A model generated the notes under the pieces. It was not told the DNA's origin, ran no database searches, and was given only the letters and a program-made list of their open reading frames with translations. From Octopus sinensis (lineage: Eukaryota), in assembly GCF_006345805.1 (NCBI RefSeq), contig NC_043012.1, positions 40,982,001-41,046,000 of the forward strand: a stretch of DNA of 64,000 bases, given 5' to 3'. Each line of letters starts with the position of its first letter. Positions within the stretch are counted from its first letter, which is position 1. Shown piece after piece: positions 12,014 through 23,695 of the stretch. Made by a program: the position numbers and the translations under genes.

Positions 12014-12258
12014 ATACACACAGATGCGCACGCGTGCGCACACACACATACATATATATATTTGTGTTTCTGTTTGTTGACCTGCGGTATTGATGGGCTT
12101 GTGTTTCGTCACTTAGCGGTTTGACAAAAAAAAAAGTTCGATAGAATAAGAACCAGGCTTTACAATGTCCAGAGTCGGTTCAATCGACTAAAAATTCTCA
12201 AAAGCTGTGACCCAATATGGCCGCAGTTTAATGACAGAAACAAGTAAAAGATAAAAGA
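11565..12258 (+). mobile_element. Family B SINE split at its internal microsatellite by a ~200-bp insert (11777-11982)
   Basis: 5' half ends tagacggaaactgaaagaaacccttcg(TA)n at ~11728; 3' half gtcacttagcggtt..gatagaataag..ggccgcag..gaaacaagtaaaag runs 12060-12258. Confidence 0.75.
11874..11909 (-). ncRNA. Minimal type I hammerhead ribozyme motif (Penelope-like), weak stem I
   Basis: Minus strand reads TT CTGAAGA A GGGC-TTT-GCTC GAAA CG TT AA: core, 4-bp stem II and palindromic ACGT stem III. Confidence 0.55.
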
Positions 12259-12951
12259 TTAAAAAAATAAGAGCTTTGCTAGAAATAGCAGCTAAATATT
12301 CTTCAAATAATGTCCTACAACTTTAAAATAGGAAGGACATAAAACAATAATTATGTCAGAAGGAAGATGTTCTGTGTGGTCATGCGGCTAGCTAGAAATA
12401 ACAGCCGATACCGTCTTAAAAAAGGTGTTTGGTAGAAATTGCAGCCTAATATTCATTAAATACCTCCTTTTATTATCTTAAAATGGATGAACGGTTATAA
12501 TGAACAATTCTGCCCAACATATATAAAAGAGTCGGGATGGTCTCGGCTGGGACAACTTTGAATATAAGCTTGCTCCGGCAGGAGTAACTTAGGGTTAAAA
12601 TGTACAAATAAACAAAAACAAGGAAAATCACCAACGCCGCCATCATCTTTATCATCACCCACACCACCACCAATGCCTCCGCCACCACCACAGGGTCCGT
12701 CAAAACCACCACGAAGAACAACGATGGCGATGATGCCGACGATATCGACAACAACAACAACACCAACAGCATCAACAAAAGCAACATCAACCACTATCAG
12801 CACCGCCGCCAGCGCCAACGCTACCACACCTCTACCCCGCCACCATCATTGCACAATGGGCATCTTTTTCACTGAGTGATTGAGAGAAGATCTCAACATT
12901 CAGAATCTACGATCCTGACGAATTATATGTGTATGCGTGTGTATGTGTGTT

Positions 12952-12984
<33 letters not shown>

Positions 12985-13549
12985 GTGTTGGTCTATTTAT
13001 CTATATATCTATGTATGAGCAAAAGTTTAAACGTTATCTTGAAATGCTTTGTAAAAATAAACAAGCTGAAATGGATAACGTTTCCTAAATATTTCCAACA
13101 ACACCACATTGGCTAATCTTAAATTATTATTTTTATTATTATTATTATTATTGTTATTATTATTTTTTTTTTTAATGTAAGAGTTATTAATTAACAGTAA
13201 TTTAAGCAGATGTATAAATATATAAGAGTAACTCTAGCATATAGAATAACGTAAAAAAATGAGAAGTGTTTTTTTTTTAAAGAAAAAACTATTTGTCCAA
13301 ACAAGCCGACCAAATCAACAATCTTTTATAACGAGATTCTCTAAGTGAAATGCGAGTAAAACGGTTTCTTTTTTCAACACACATGCGTCGAAATTTTGGT
13401 GGAATTTCCATTACCATTTAAGGAAATGCACAGCGAAAACATGGAACTAGGCTCTCTGCGAAAGACCGGAATTGTATACGCAGGTGTACGTACATATGTG
13501 TAGTAGAAAACGCAGTCATGTGTTCTCTTGTATATGCGTATATTTTGGT

Positions 13550-13556
13550 AATCTTA

Positions 13557-13631
<75 letters not shown>

Positions 13632-14034
13632 GTGTGTGTGTGTGTGTGTGTGTGTTTGTGTGTGTATGTGTACGTATGTATTTGCATATGTATGTATATG
13701 TATGAATGTATATATGATATACACACACAAACATATGTAATATATATATATGTATAAATATTATATACATGCGCAAACACACATATATAACATATGCACA
13801 CATACAGACATATATGCCTGGTGCGTGTGTGTGTGAGTGTATATACATTTGAATGCGTTTGGATGTGTATATAAGACATGTATAGCAGTATCCATGTAAC
13901 TGTTTTTCTACGAGGCGGTGCTTTATTTGTGAATAGCATTTTTTTTTCATGTCTGCCGAAGAAAAATAAAATAAATACAGACAGCAGTGTAAATTCATAC
14001 ATATGTATGCATATACATATACATACATACATAC

Positions 14035-14074
<40 letters not shown>

Positions 14075-14284
14075 ATTCTTATTTAACTTTTTATTATTAT
14101 TATTATTATTTATAGTATTATTATTATTATTATTATTGTTATTATATTATTATTATTATTATTATTATTATATTATTATTATTATTATATATTATTATTA
14201 TTATATTATTATTGTTATTATCATCATCATCATAATCATCATCATCATTATTATTATTATTATTATTATTATTAGTATATATAT

Positions 14285-14315
<31 letters not shown>

Positions 14316-14320
14316 AACTG
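13550..14320. repeat. (TA)n/(TG)n/(ATT)n/(ATC)n microsatellite cluster
   Basis: Read directly; source of the Y/I/C/V-rich spurious ORFs. Confidence 0.95.
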
Positions 14321-15199
14321 AATAGTAACTTAACTAATGGAAGATCCACAAATATCTATAATGGCGAGATGGGAGAAAAGACACGCTACAAAAACACAAA
14401 AATAAAATAATAAAATAAAATGATAAAGCTGAAAATAATGGAAAATCCTCGTTAAGAATGTCTCTCAACGGATAATGGTAAAAGGAAAAGGAGATGGAAA
14501 AAGCTGATCGCTGTTTGATCGATGGCTTGCGCTATTTAAGAAATCGATATAGTACATTATGTGTATAGGTGATACATAGTGTCATCTAACAGGACATGCT
14601 ACAAGCGATTGACATTACTGAGTTTTTTTCCTTGTTGTGTCTCTTTTTTTTTCAGAATTACTTTGATTTACATTTTAAGCTGTACTTTTATCAGCTGTCT
14701 TACTTTCTAATTCATTTCTATCACCCAGCGTTACTAATTGCAGTCAGCATGATCTTCATGTTTCTATCAAGGACATTTTTCATTGTAAGTTAAAAATATT
14801 GTATTCTATATCGGAAGGTTAAACTACGTTTAGACGTTGACAAGTTTGTAGTTAGAATAATAAAAATAAGCACGTTACAACAGGCAGACTAAAATAAATG
14901 AAAAATGTTCTATTTTCTCTGTTTTTCTAGAAAGGAAATTTTAGAGTGTTTGAGGAAGCATAACCGAATTAAGTTAATAATACTAAAATAACTCAGATAG
15001 TGATTTAACTGCGAAGAGAGGAAACTGATTCGAAGTTGTTAAACCAACTTAAATACATCAAACTTCAATCTTAGCAGTTATTTCTGATATATTCTTTTCT
15101 TAAAAACACAAGACGAACAAAATTGTTGCATCAAATATATCAGATTCGCACAATGATTTTATAACGAAATAATGGTCTGAAATTTTAATACGAAGATAA

Positions 15200-15387
15200 C
15201 AATTTCAGGGCAGTGAATAAGTCAATTACATCGACCCCCAGCCCTCAGCTGGTACTTACTTCATCGACCCTGAAAGTATCAAAGGCAAAGCTGACCTCGG
15301 CGGAATGTGAACTCAGAACGTAAAAACTGACGGAACGCCGCTAAGCACTTTCGCTGGCGTGCGGATGATTCCGCTAGCTCACCGCCT
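15200..15387 (-). mobile_element. Family A SINE
   Basis: tcgacccccag..ggtacttac..gacctcggcggaatgtgaactcagaacg..gctagctcaccgcctt. Confidence 0.8.
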
Positions 15388-15458
15388 TTATAAATATATC
15401 TCTCTCTATATATATATCTATCTATTTATCTATATATCTATATATATATATATATATA

Positions 15459-15894
15459 TGAAGTAACGGCTGTTACTCCCTCAACGAGGTTGTTCCGTAC
15501 AGAACACTGTTCACTGTTACTACTCTGTTTAACCCCAAGAGGACGTCTTCTCCGGCTAGTTAACGACACACTATCTGTATCCGTTACATTACAAACAGAA
15601 GAGCAAAGAACTCCCATCTATCCGTGACAGGAATCAATAGACCAGCTTGTTTCTGGTTATTGCCCTTCATCAGTACTGGTTATACCTGTCTGCTTCACAT
15701 GGCAATTGCTCGTCCTAATGTGCAAATATATAAATAAATAAGCGTCACACAGTCACTGATCTTGCAACAACTAAAGTAGTTAGATCTAAAATATTTATAC
15801 GAGATGCAAGTAGTGACTCTACTGAAGACTAACGGCTGTTCCCACCTTAACGTGATTGTCCCATACAGAACATTGTTACCACTCTTTCTAACCC
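15459..15894 (-). mobile_element. Terminally redundant, hammerhead-bearing element (retrozyme/Penelope-like) between two (TA)n tracts
   Basis: Diverged direct repeats taacggctgtt..acagaaca..taaccc at 15464-15536 and 15830-15894 (period 366). Internal hammerhead motif at 15635-15678. Confidence 0.6.
15635..15678 (-). ncRNA. Minimal type I hammerhead ribozyme motif with two substitutions
   Basis: Minus strand reads CAGTA CTGATGA A GGG-CAATAA-CCA GAAA CAAGCTGG TC TATTG. Stem I is CAGTA/TATTG, the site is GUC, and stem III is one change from the palindrome ACCAGCTGGT. Confidence 0.6.
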
Positions 15895-15897
15895 TAT

Positions 15898-15994
<97 letters not shown>

Positions 15995-15996
<2 letters not shown>

Positions 15997-16293
15997 TGGT
16001 TGTATACTTGTATACTCTCGCCTTAATGTGATAGTCCCATGAAGGGAATCACACTACTGCTATTTAGCCCTAGGAAGCAGCAACGCTTCCTCTCGGCCTT
16101 GACACATTTCCTGTGTCCCAGTCTCTGGATGCAGGCTTAGCTGAGTGGAGGTGCTTGTATCCCCCTTGTAAACATAAGGACACAGGAAACGTGTCAAGGC
16201 CGACAGGAAGCGTTGCTGCTTCCTAGGGCTAAATAGCAGTAGTGTGATTCCCTTCATGGGACTGTCACATTAAGTTGACAGTATACAACTACT
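15995..16293. mobile_element. MITE/foldback element with ~97-120 bp terminal inverted repeats
   Basis: 16022-16118 is a near-perfect reverse complement of 16178-16274. The outer ends agtggttgtatact / agtatacaactact also pair. A second partial copy lies at 7390-7540. Confidence 0.85.
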
Positions 16294-16326
16294 CTATCGT
16301 ACCACTACTGCATGTATAGAAATGTA

Positions 16327-16385
<59 letters not shown>

Positions 16386-16406
16386 TATATATTATATATA
16401 TTATAT

Positions 16407-16475
<69 letters not shown>

Positions 16476-16480
16476 ATGAT

Positions 16481-16862
16481 GTAGAGGCGAAGTCGGCCAG
16501 TGGTTAGGGCAGTGGACTTGCAGTCGTAGAATCGTGGTTTCGATTCCCATACCGGGTGTTGTGAGCATTTATCGCGCGAAAACACCTAAAACTGCACGAG
16601 GCTCCGGCAGGGTGGGGTGCCGAACCCTGCTGTACTCTTTCACCACCACTTTCTGCCACTCTTTATTCATGTTTCTGTTGTACCTGTATTTCAAAAGGCT
16701 GGCTTCGTCACACATTGTCTCACGCTGAATCTCCCTCAGAACTACGTTTAGGGTACACGTGTCTGTGGAGTGCTCAGCCACTTGCAAGTTAATTTCACGA
16801 GCAGGCTGTTCCGTTGATTCGGATCAACTGGGACCCTGGTCGTCGTAACTGACGGAGTGCCA

Positions 16863-16863
<1 letters not shown>
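16481..16863 (+). mobile_element. tRNA-derived SINE, family C, apparently full length
   Basis: tRNA-like head ggccagtggttagggcagtggacttgcagtcg..ggtttcgattccc; tail ..ggatcaactgg..gtcgtcgtaactgacggagtgcca; flanked by (TA)n. Confidence 0.8.
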
Positions 16864-16908
<45 letters not shown>

Positions 16909-17205
16909 GTATACATACTTGTTAATCCGAGGGGAGGCAATATGAGCTGCAACTAAAGGAACATTACAAAATCCACAGAAAGATCAAAAACATACATATA
17001 TTCATTTTATATCTACAGAACAGATATAAAGTCCGACGTTTAAAAATATAATAATATATAAATAAATAAGCATCATATAAAATATATAAATATATAAGAA
17101 TCAGTGTTGCATATATAACACACTGAATTTACGCTTAAAATCATAAAACATTTGATAAAAATTTGTTAAATTAAAAATTTTGGCGTGATAAAACATACAT
17201 ACATA

Positions 17206-17283
17206 TGTGTATGTATTTTTTCTGGAATTTTAATACGACATATTAAAATGACGTACTAAAATTCCAGAAAAAATACATACACA
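17206..17283. repeat. 78-nt near-perfect hairpin (34 of 36 pairs, 6-nt loop)
   Basis: tgtgtatgtattttttctggaattttaatacgacat-attaaa-atgacgtactaaaattccagaaaaaatacatacaca. Confidence 0.9.
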
Positions 17284-17329
17284 CACACAAATGTGTGTGT
17301 TTTGTTTGCTTGTTTGTGTGTGTGTATGC

Positions 17330-17379
<50 letters not shown>

Positions 17380-17944
17380 CTAAAGATGGATACCTACTCG
17401 AACATTACTAAGGAATGAAACTGTTTTCAGTATATAATTGACTGGAGTTTAATGCTACTGGTTCCGTTTCGCAGACAGACTAATTTCAATAGACTCTAAC
17501 CGATTGTGCGTCACACACTCCCTTGGCATTGTCATCGTTATAAATTCAATAAACCAGTCACTAGTACATTGGAAATTCTAAAAACACCGACGCTATTGTT
17601 CACGACTTGATCTATAAACCCTAATCGCAGTTATTTCCATTAAGAGATTGCATCTCTGGTATTGTACTCTATATATACGTGTTGCACTTTCTTTCTGTAT
17701 TCATTGTAAATATTTACAAACAATTAGTGAATCATTTTCTTAATTTACTTTACTTTGGATACGAATGGAAAAGCATCGAGCTAATAATTCCCGAAGGTTA
17801 TAACAGGTGACTGATATAATACAACCTGATAAAATATAGGTCTTCACTGATGTTAATGATTTAGTAGTTATTTTAATGGTTCTTTTGATTTATGTGAAAT
17901 TTAATCGTTATTTTAATGGCTCAGTCTGACTGTCTCTGAAATTG

Positions 17945-17996
<52 letters not shown>

Positions 17997-18045
17997 GTAA
18001 TTTGTTTTCAGAGTCCAAATTATGCGCCAATATTTACGAGGCACC

Positions 18046-18222
18046 TAGAGCAGGAAGCTGGCAGAATATTTAGCAGGCCGGGCAAAATTCCTTTACGGCA
18101 TTTCGTCCGTCTTTACATTCTGAGTTCAAACTCCACTGAGGTCAATTTCGCATGTCAGTGTCAATGTAGTCGACTTATCAGTTCCCGGAAATTGCTGGCT
18201 TTGTGTCAAAATTTGAAACCGG
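18046..18222 (+). mobile_element. Family A SINE
   Basis: agctggcagaatatttagca..ctgagttcaaactccactgaggtc..aattgctggctttg..aatttgaaacc. Confidence 0.7.
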
Positions 18223-18484
18223 TATTTACAAGGCACCGTAGTGCCAGATGGTAGTCTTATATCATAGTTTTTTTTGTTTTTTTTTTACTTGTTTCAGTCA
18301 TTTTGACTGCGGCCATGCTGGAGCACCGCCTTTAATCGAGCAACTCGACCCCGGGACTTATTCTTTGTAAGCCCAGTACTTATTATATCGGTCTCTTTTG
18401 CCGAACCGGTAAGTGACGGGGACATAAATACACCAGCATCGGTTGTCAAGTGATGTTGGGGGGACAAACACAGACACACACATG

Positions 18485-18515
<31 letters not shown>

Positions 18516-18689
18516 ATAAATATTAGGGAATAAATCCAAATTTACAGGGAAAAAAATCAGATTTAGGATTAAATCCAATTTTATAGTAAAATATTATAAA
18601 ATATTATTAGAAACAAAACCACTATTTTGCAAACAAACAAGGAAAGACTAATCAATACATAAAATTTTAATAAATAGTCAAAAAAACCG

Positions 18690-18732
18690 CCACTACAATC
18701 GTTTCTTGTCTTGATCGACAATCTTCAGGTGG
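18690..18732 (-). ncRNA. Minimal type I hammerhead motif (mirror copy)
   Basis: Exact reverse complement of 18793-18835. Confidence 0.7.
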
Positions 18733-18792
18733 ACTTCCAATATGTCAGTTTCAAATTATGAAGTCATAATTTGAAACTGACATATTGGAAGT

Positions 18793-18835
18793 CCACCTGA
18801 AGATTGTCGATCAAGACAAGAAACGATTGTAGTGG
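18793..18835 (+). ncRNA. Minimal type I hammerhead ribozyme motif
   Basis: CCAC CTGAAGA TTGTC-GATCAA-GACAA GAAA CGATTG TA GTGG: 4-bp stem I, 5-bp stem II, self-complementary stem III ACGATTGT (with G.U), GUA site after 18831. The first stem II pair is U-A rather than the usual G-C. Confidence 0.7.
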
Positions 18836-19868
18836 CGGTTTTTTTGACTATTATTAAAATTTTATGTATTGATAAGTCTTTCCTTGTTTGTTTTGCAAAA
18901 TAGTGGTTTTGTCTCTAATAATATTTTATATATATATATATATAATACATATATACGACATGCTTCTTTCAGTTTCCGTCTACCAAATCCACTCACAAGG
19001 CTTTGGTCGGCCCGAGGCTATAGTAGAAGACACTTGCCCAAGGTGCCACGCAGCGGGACTGAACCCGGAACCATGTGGCTGGTAAACAAGCTACTTACCA
19101 CACAGCCACTCCTGCGCCTTTAGTGCATAAGTCTCTAACACAACGAGAAGAACGACGTACGGCGAACAGGCCTCTAAACTAATTCCTTCTACCAGATTTT
19201 ACACACAACGATTTAGTTAAACGGAGGTTATGGTAGGAGACACTCAAACTGTCGCATACTAGGATCGAATCGAACCCAAATCTACATTGCTGCAAAACAA
19301 ACACGCTCACCACAAAACACAATCTGCGTTTTATTATATTTTCCAAATGGAAAAAATCATTTCTGTCAAACTCCTCGCATCCTTCTTATTTTCTTTTTTT
19401 CTTTTTGATTTTGAAAAGCAAAGCTAAGAAGCTAATCGAATAAATTCATAAAAGCTATTAATCATCTCCACTGGATTGATATTAGTAGTGTTAGATCGAT
19501 AGCGAGTTACATTGAGAAGCCTCGATTAAGCTCTTCAGACTCCACTCGTTTAATATGTAATATTAGCACGAATTGACGCCGTGTGCATTGTATCAGGATA
19601 ACCACCTTTTACGAACAACAGAACGGAATACGGCATGTACAGGTACATACATACATACATGCACACACTCACACACATATATATATATACATATATACAT
19701 GTATACTTACACACACGTGCATATATATGTATCTAAATTGCAGAACATATATATATATATATTATATATATATATATGTGTGTGTGTGTGTGGTGTGTGT
19801 GTGTGTGTAGTGTGTTCATATATATGTGTGTGTGTATATATATATATATGTGTGTATATATATGTATA

Positions 19869-19921
<53 letters not shown>

Positions 19922-20003
19922 TATATACATACATGTGTGTGTGCGTATGCATGTATGTACATATGAATGGATATATGTCTATATATATGTATATATATTT
20001 ATA

Positions 20004-20037
<34 letters not shown>

Positions 20038-21874
20038 GACATATATACATTCATATGTATATACATACATGCATACACACACACATACTCACACACATAC
20101 ACGTACACGCATGTATATATATATATATATATAAGCTGCAATTTATCCGGGTTGTAGAGATGGGAGATGTGCGACTGTGCTGCATCGGCAATCATAGCAA
20201 CGGTGAGGTGAAAGTTGATGGAGGAGGCTGAAAAAGGCCGAGGTGTTGCGAATAAGGTTAATCTTATTAATCCACTCTCTAACTCCTCCTCTCTATTCAA
20301 GTTTTGTCCGATAAAGATTTCATTTTCGACCTCCAAGGATCGATAAAATTACAATGTGTAATATACTGAAAAAATTTTTTTTTCTTCAATCAACAATGAA
20401 ACAGAGTCAGAAATTGAGTTAAGTGGTGGAGGTGTAGCTATTGTTGTTGGTGATGATGGTTGTGATGATGAAGATAATGGTGTGGTGGTGGTGGTGGTGG
20501 TGTTGAGAGTGGAAGGTGGAGGGTTAATTTAGCCAGAAAAATTAATTAAAATTAAACTCATAGAAAAGAGAATCGTAATAATTTTAATGAATAAATGTTG
20601 TCAAGAAATTTTAAATTAATTAAAAATTGAACGTGAGTATGTATGTAACAGGGCGGAGTGAGTCTGATGTTCGGCAAGAAATGCATCAACTCAGAACAGG
20701 TTTCTGTCGTATTAGGCCTCCTCAGCAAAGCATATTACTACCCGTTGAACAAATAGTGGCCTTATGCCTCATTAGCATAATTAGTATATTAGTATAGTAG
20801 GCGCAAGATAGTAAATCTTGGAAACAAATCTTAGCTAGTATAAAGATGTGTAGAATTATGTACAGTATAGTCTGTGAGTGTCACATGAAGGTGTTAAATA
20901 TGACAGTACACACCTGTATTTCAATCAACGCTACTTCATGCGCTTCTAGTAAATTCATGTGGAATTAAACATTGATAGTAGCAGCCTCATTTGGTTATCG
21001 GTGTACGTTGCTAAATCCACGCAAGTTCTTAAAATTCATATGTAAATAAAAACTAGGCAGAGCAATGTAAACATACTCTATGACGTATATATTCCTGGTA
21101 TCAGTTTAAATATCGGTTGAGCTACATGATTTTTGATCTTAGAGAGAATCATATGAACTAAGAAATTTATAAATCTGCTGTACTTTCCAGTAATAGCAGA
21201 AAATCTAAAATAAATTGCATTTCAAAAAGTTACCGGTAATTACATTTGGATTGTCGTATTGAAATTTCAGAAATACAGAAAAAAAATATATTAGGAATTT
21301 TATTTGAGGAATATAATATTAAATTCCAAAAATAATTTGAGGATTTTATAAAACTGATATATGAAAATGACTACACTTAAAATAGTTCGAACCAATTCCC
21401 AAAGAAAGAAAGATATTTTGATTCAACAAAATTCAGTGAAAATTCTTGTAGAATTTTTCAGAAGAAGAAAGATAGAAGGAAACAGAAGTGGAAATTTACT
21501 AAGGAAATCGGAATATCTGAAATAGTCAATAGAGAATCACTTAAGGAAGTTCAGAAAATAACCCTATACTAGCCAAGTCTCCAGGGTAGATATTGGCAAG
21601 GAGACAACTATACATAAAATTTTTTCTTTCAAATAATTTTTTGTCATTTTTTCCCCTAATGTTTTGCATTTGTATGAGCATGTGTGTATCTGTGTGTGTG
21701 TGTGTGCGTGTGTATGTGTGTGTGTATGTGTTGTGTGGTGTTATTCTTTGATTTTTTCTCTGGTAGAGTATATTTTTATCTTTACTTCATCAGATCGTTT
21801 TGATGAAACATCGTAAAATCGTGAACGCTTTGGAGATACATAACTACGAAAAACAGCTACGAAAGTAATTCATT

Positions 21875-21933
<59 letters not shown>

Positions 21934-22266
21934 GTGTGTGTGTGTGTGTGCGTGTGTGTGCGTGTGTGTGTATGTATGCATGTATGTATGTTTATAAGTA
22001 TATTTACATTATATATATATATGTATATGGTGAATCCAAAAACAACAGCAAAATAAAACGGGTAAAATCTAAAATATACTATATTCACGCTGAATGAAAG
22101 TTTCAGATGGGAGAGTAGGAATAGAACTGACATTTCAAGCATGGCTCTTCGTCGGATGCAGGAAAAAGACAAGAATAGATTAAATGGAAGAAAGAGCAGA
22201 CAGTCCTGAGAAAAGCAAGCGTTTCGAAAGAGCATCTCTCTCTCTCTTTATCTATCTATCTATCTC

Positions 22267-22303
<37 letters not shown>

Positions 22304-22323
22304 ATATATATATATATATATAT

Positions 22324-22418
<95 letters not shown>

Positions 22419-22507
22419 ATACAGAATTTACAGAAAAACAAAAGACGAAGGCAGATGTATAAACAACAAACAGGTGTATTAATTTAACACTCGGGAATGG
22501 GAGAGAA

Positions 22508-22545
22508 TCTTTTACGTTTCGGGCCTAAGCTCTTCAGCAGAATGG
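22508..22545 (-). ncRNA. Decayed hammerhead motif (core CTGCTGA)
   Basis: Minus strand reads TT CTGCTGA AGAGC-TTAG-GCCC GAAA CG TA AA. The conserved A6 is replaced by C. Context resembles the 11.8-kb copy. Confidence 0.45.
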
Positions 22546-22753
22546 AACACGAAGAAATAAAGAGAGAATGAAAAAGTCTTTTAGGACTGTGCTCCTTCTT
22601 TATAATTACCGAATATAAATGCATTAATCTTTCTTTTGCTCATGGATATATTTAAATAAGATGCATGCATCATATTTGGCTTTCTATATATATTTAGATA
22701 GCCTTAGGGTCGTCTGCATAATATAGCTGTCACAAACAGACGACAATTACTGT

Positions 22754-22756
22754 TGG

Positions 22757-22790
<34 letters not shown>

Positions 22791-22990
22791 AATGGTGATG
22801 GTGAATATGATGATGATAATAATAAGGAGAATGGCCGTGGTGGTGGTAGTGGTAGTGTTGGTGATGATGGCGACAGTGATGATGATGGAAGTAATGATGA
22901 TGGCACCGATGATGATCGCTGCTATGATGATGATGATGATGATGATGATGATGGTATCGGAGTGGTGGTAATGGTATAGATGATGGTAAT
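22754..22990. repeat. (GAT)n-derived degenerate trinucleotide tract
   Basis: Read directly; explains the poly-M/H/I ORFs. Confidence 0.9.
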
Positions 22991-23316
22991 GAGGATGATA
23001 ATGGCCACGATATAGCAAACGGTATTGCTGTTATTACTACAGCAGTAAACACAGAAACTATTATTATTTAAAACAAACAAATGTTTATTTCTGCGACTGT
23101 ATTTTGGTAGAATCGGTTTTTTAGAATCCCACAACATACCGTCTGTACTTATTTTTCTTTCCAAGTGAAAATTTCATCGCAGTGAAACGGTGCCTTGTAA
23201 AATTTCACCGTTTTTGCGAACGAATATCGATGAAATAATACCAGTCATACAATGGGGCCGAGTAAAACAAGCATATTTCTTGTAATATGGTTGTGTATAC
23301 CTTAGGTCAGTGTATA

Positions 23317-23695
23317 GGCGTGGTTGTGGTTGTATGGAATGGAATTTGCTTCTAAATCGCATGATACCGTGTTCAATCCCACTGTTTGGCTTTTGGGCGA
23401 GTGAATTTGGTCGACGGAAATTGAAAGAAGCCCGTCGTGAATATGTGTGTGTGTGCATGTGTGTATGTGTGTGTGTGTGTGTGTATGTCTGTGTATTTGA
23501 GTCTGTGTTTGTTCCTCACTACCGCTTGTCAACCGGTATTGGTGTGTTTACGTTTCCGTAAGTTGGCGGTTCGACAAGAGAGATGATAGAATAAGTACTG
23601 TGGGCGATTCATTCAAGGTGCCACACAGTATTGAACACGGATCCATGTGATCGCGAAGCAAGTTCCTTACCGCGCAGCCACACCTACGCCTGTAT
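23317..23695. mobile_element. Family B SINE (+) followed by an inverted family B head fragment (-)
   Basis: tggtcgacggaaattgaaagaagcccgtcg..gatagaataagtact, then caaggtgccacac..ccttaccgcgcagccacacctacgcc. Confidence 0.65.

Larger units (their letters stand above)
18595..18930. repeat. 336-bp palindrome (167-bp arms, 2-nt spacer), likely an inverted Penelope-like pseudo-LTR
   Basis: Arms 18595-18761 and 18764-18930 differ at about 4 positions. The left arm has ~70 bp of extra unique sequence (18522-18594). Confidence 0.9.
18283..19119 (-). mobile_element. Family B SINE split at its internal (TA)n by a palindromic insert
   Basis: 3' half at 18283-18485 and 5' half at 18955-19119 both match the copy at 29042-29455. 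Confidence 0.85.

Noticed and set aside
12640-12880. GC-richer Pro/Thr-rich ORF (MPPPPPQG..) as a possible upstream TRPC exon
   Set aside because: Degenerate CAC/CAA trinucleotide tract, open in several frames on both strands, with no clear splice signals.
16481-16555. tRNA-like heads here and at 28752, 29042, 42667 and 56397
   Set aside because: No complete cloverleaf or acceptor stem, and each continues into a SINE body, so they are not called as tRNA genes.
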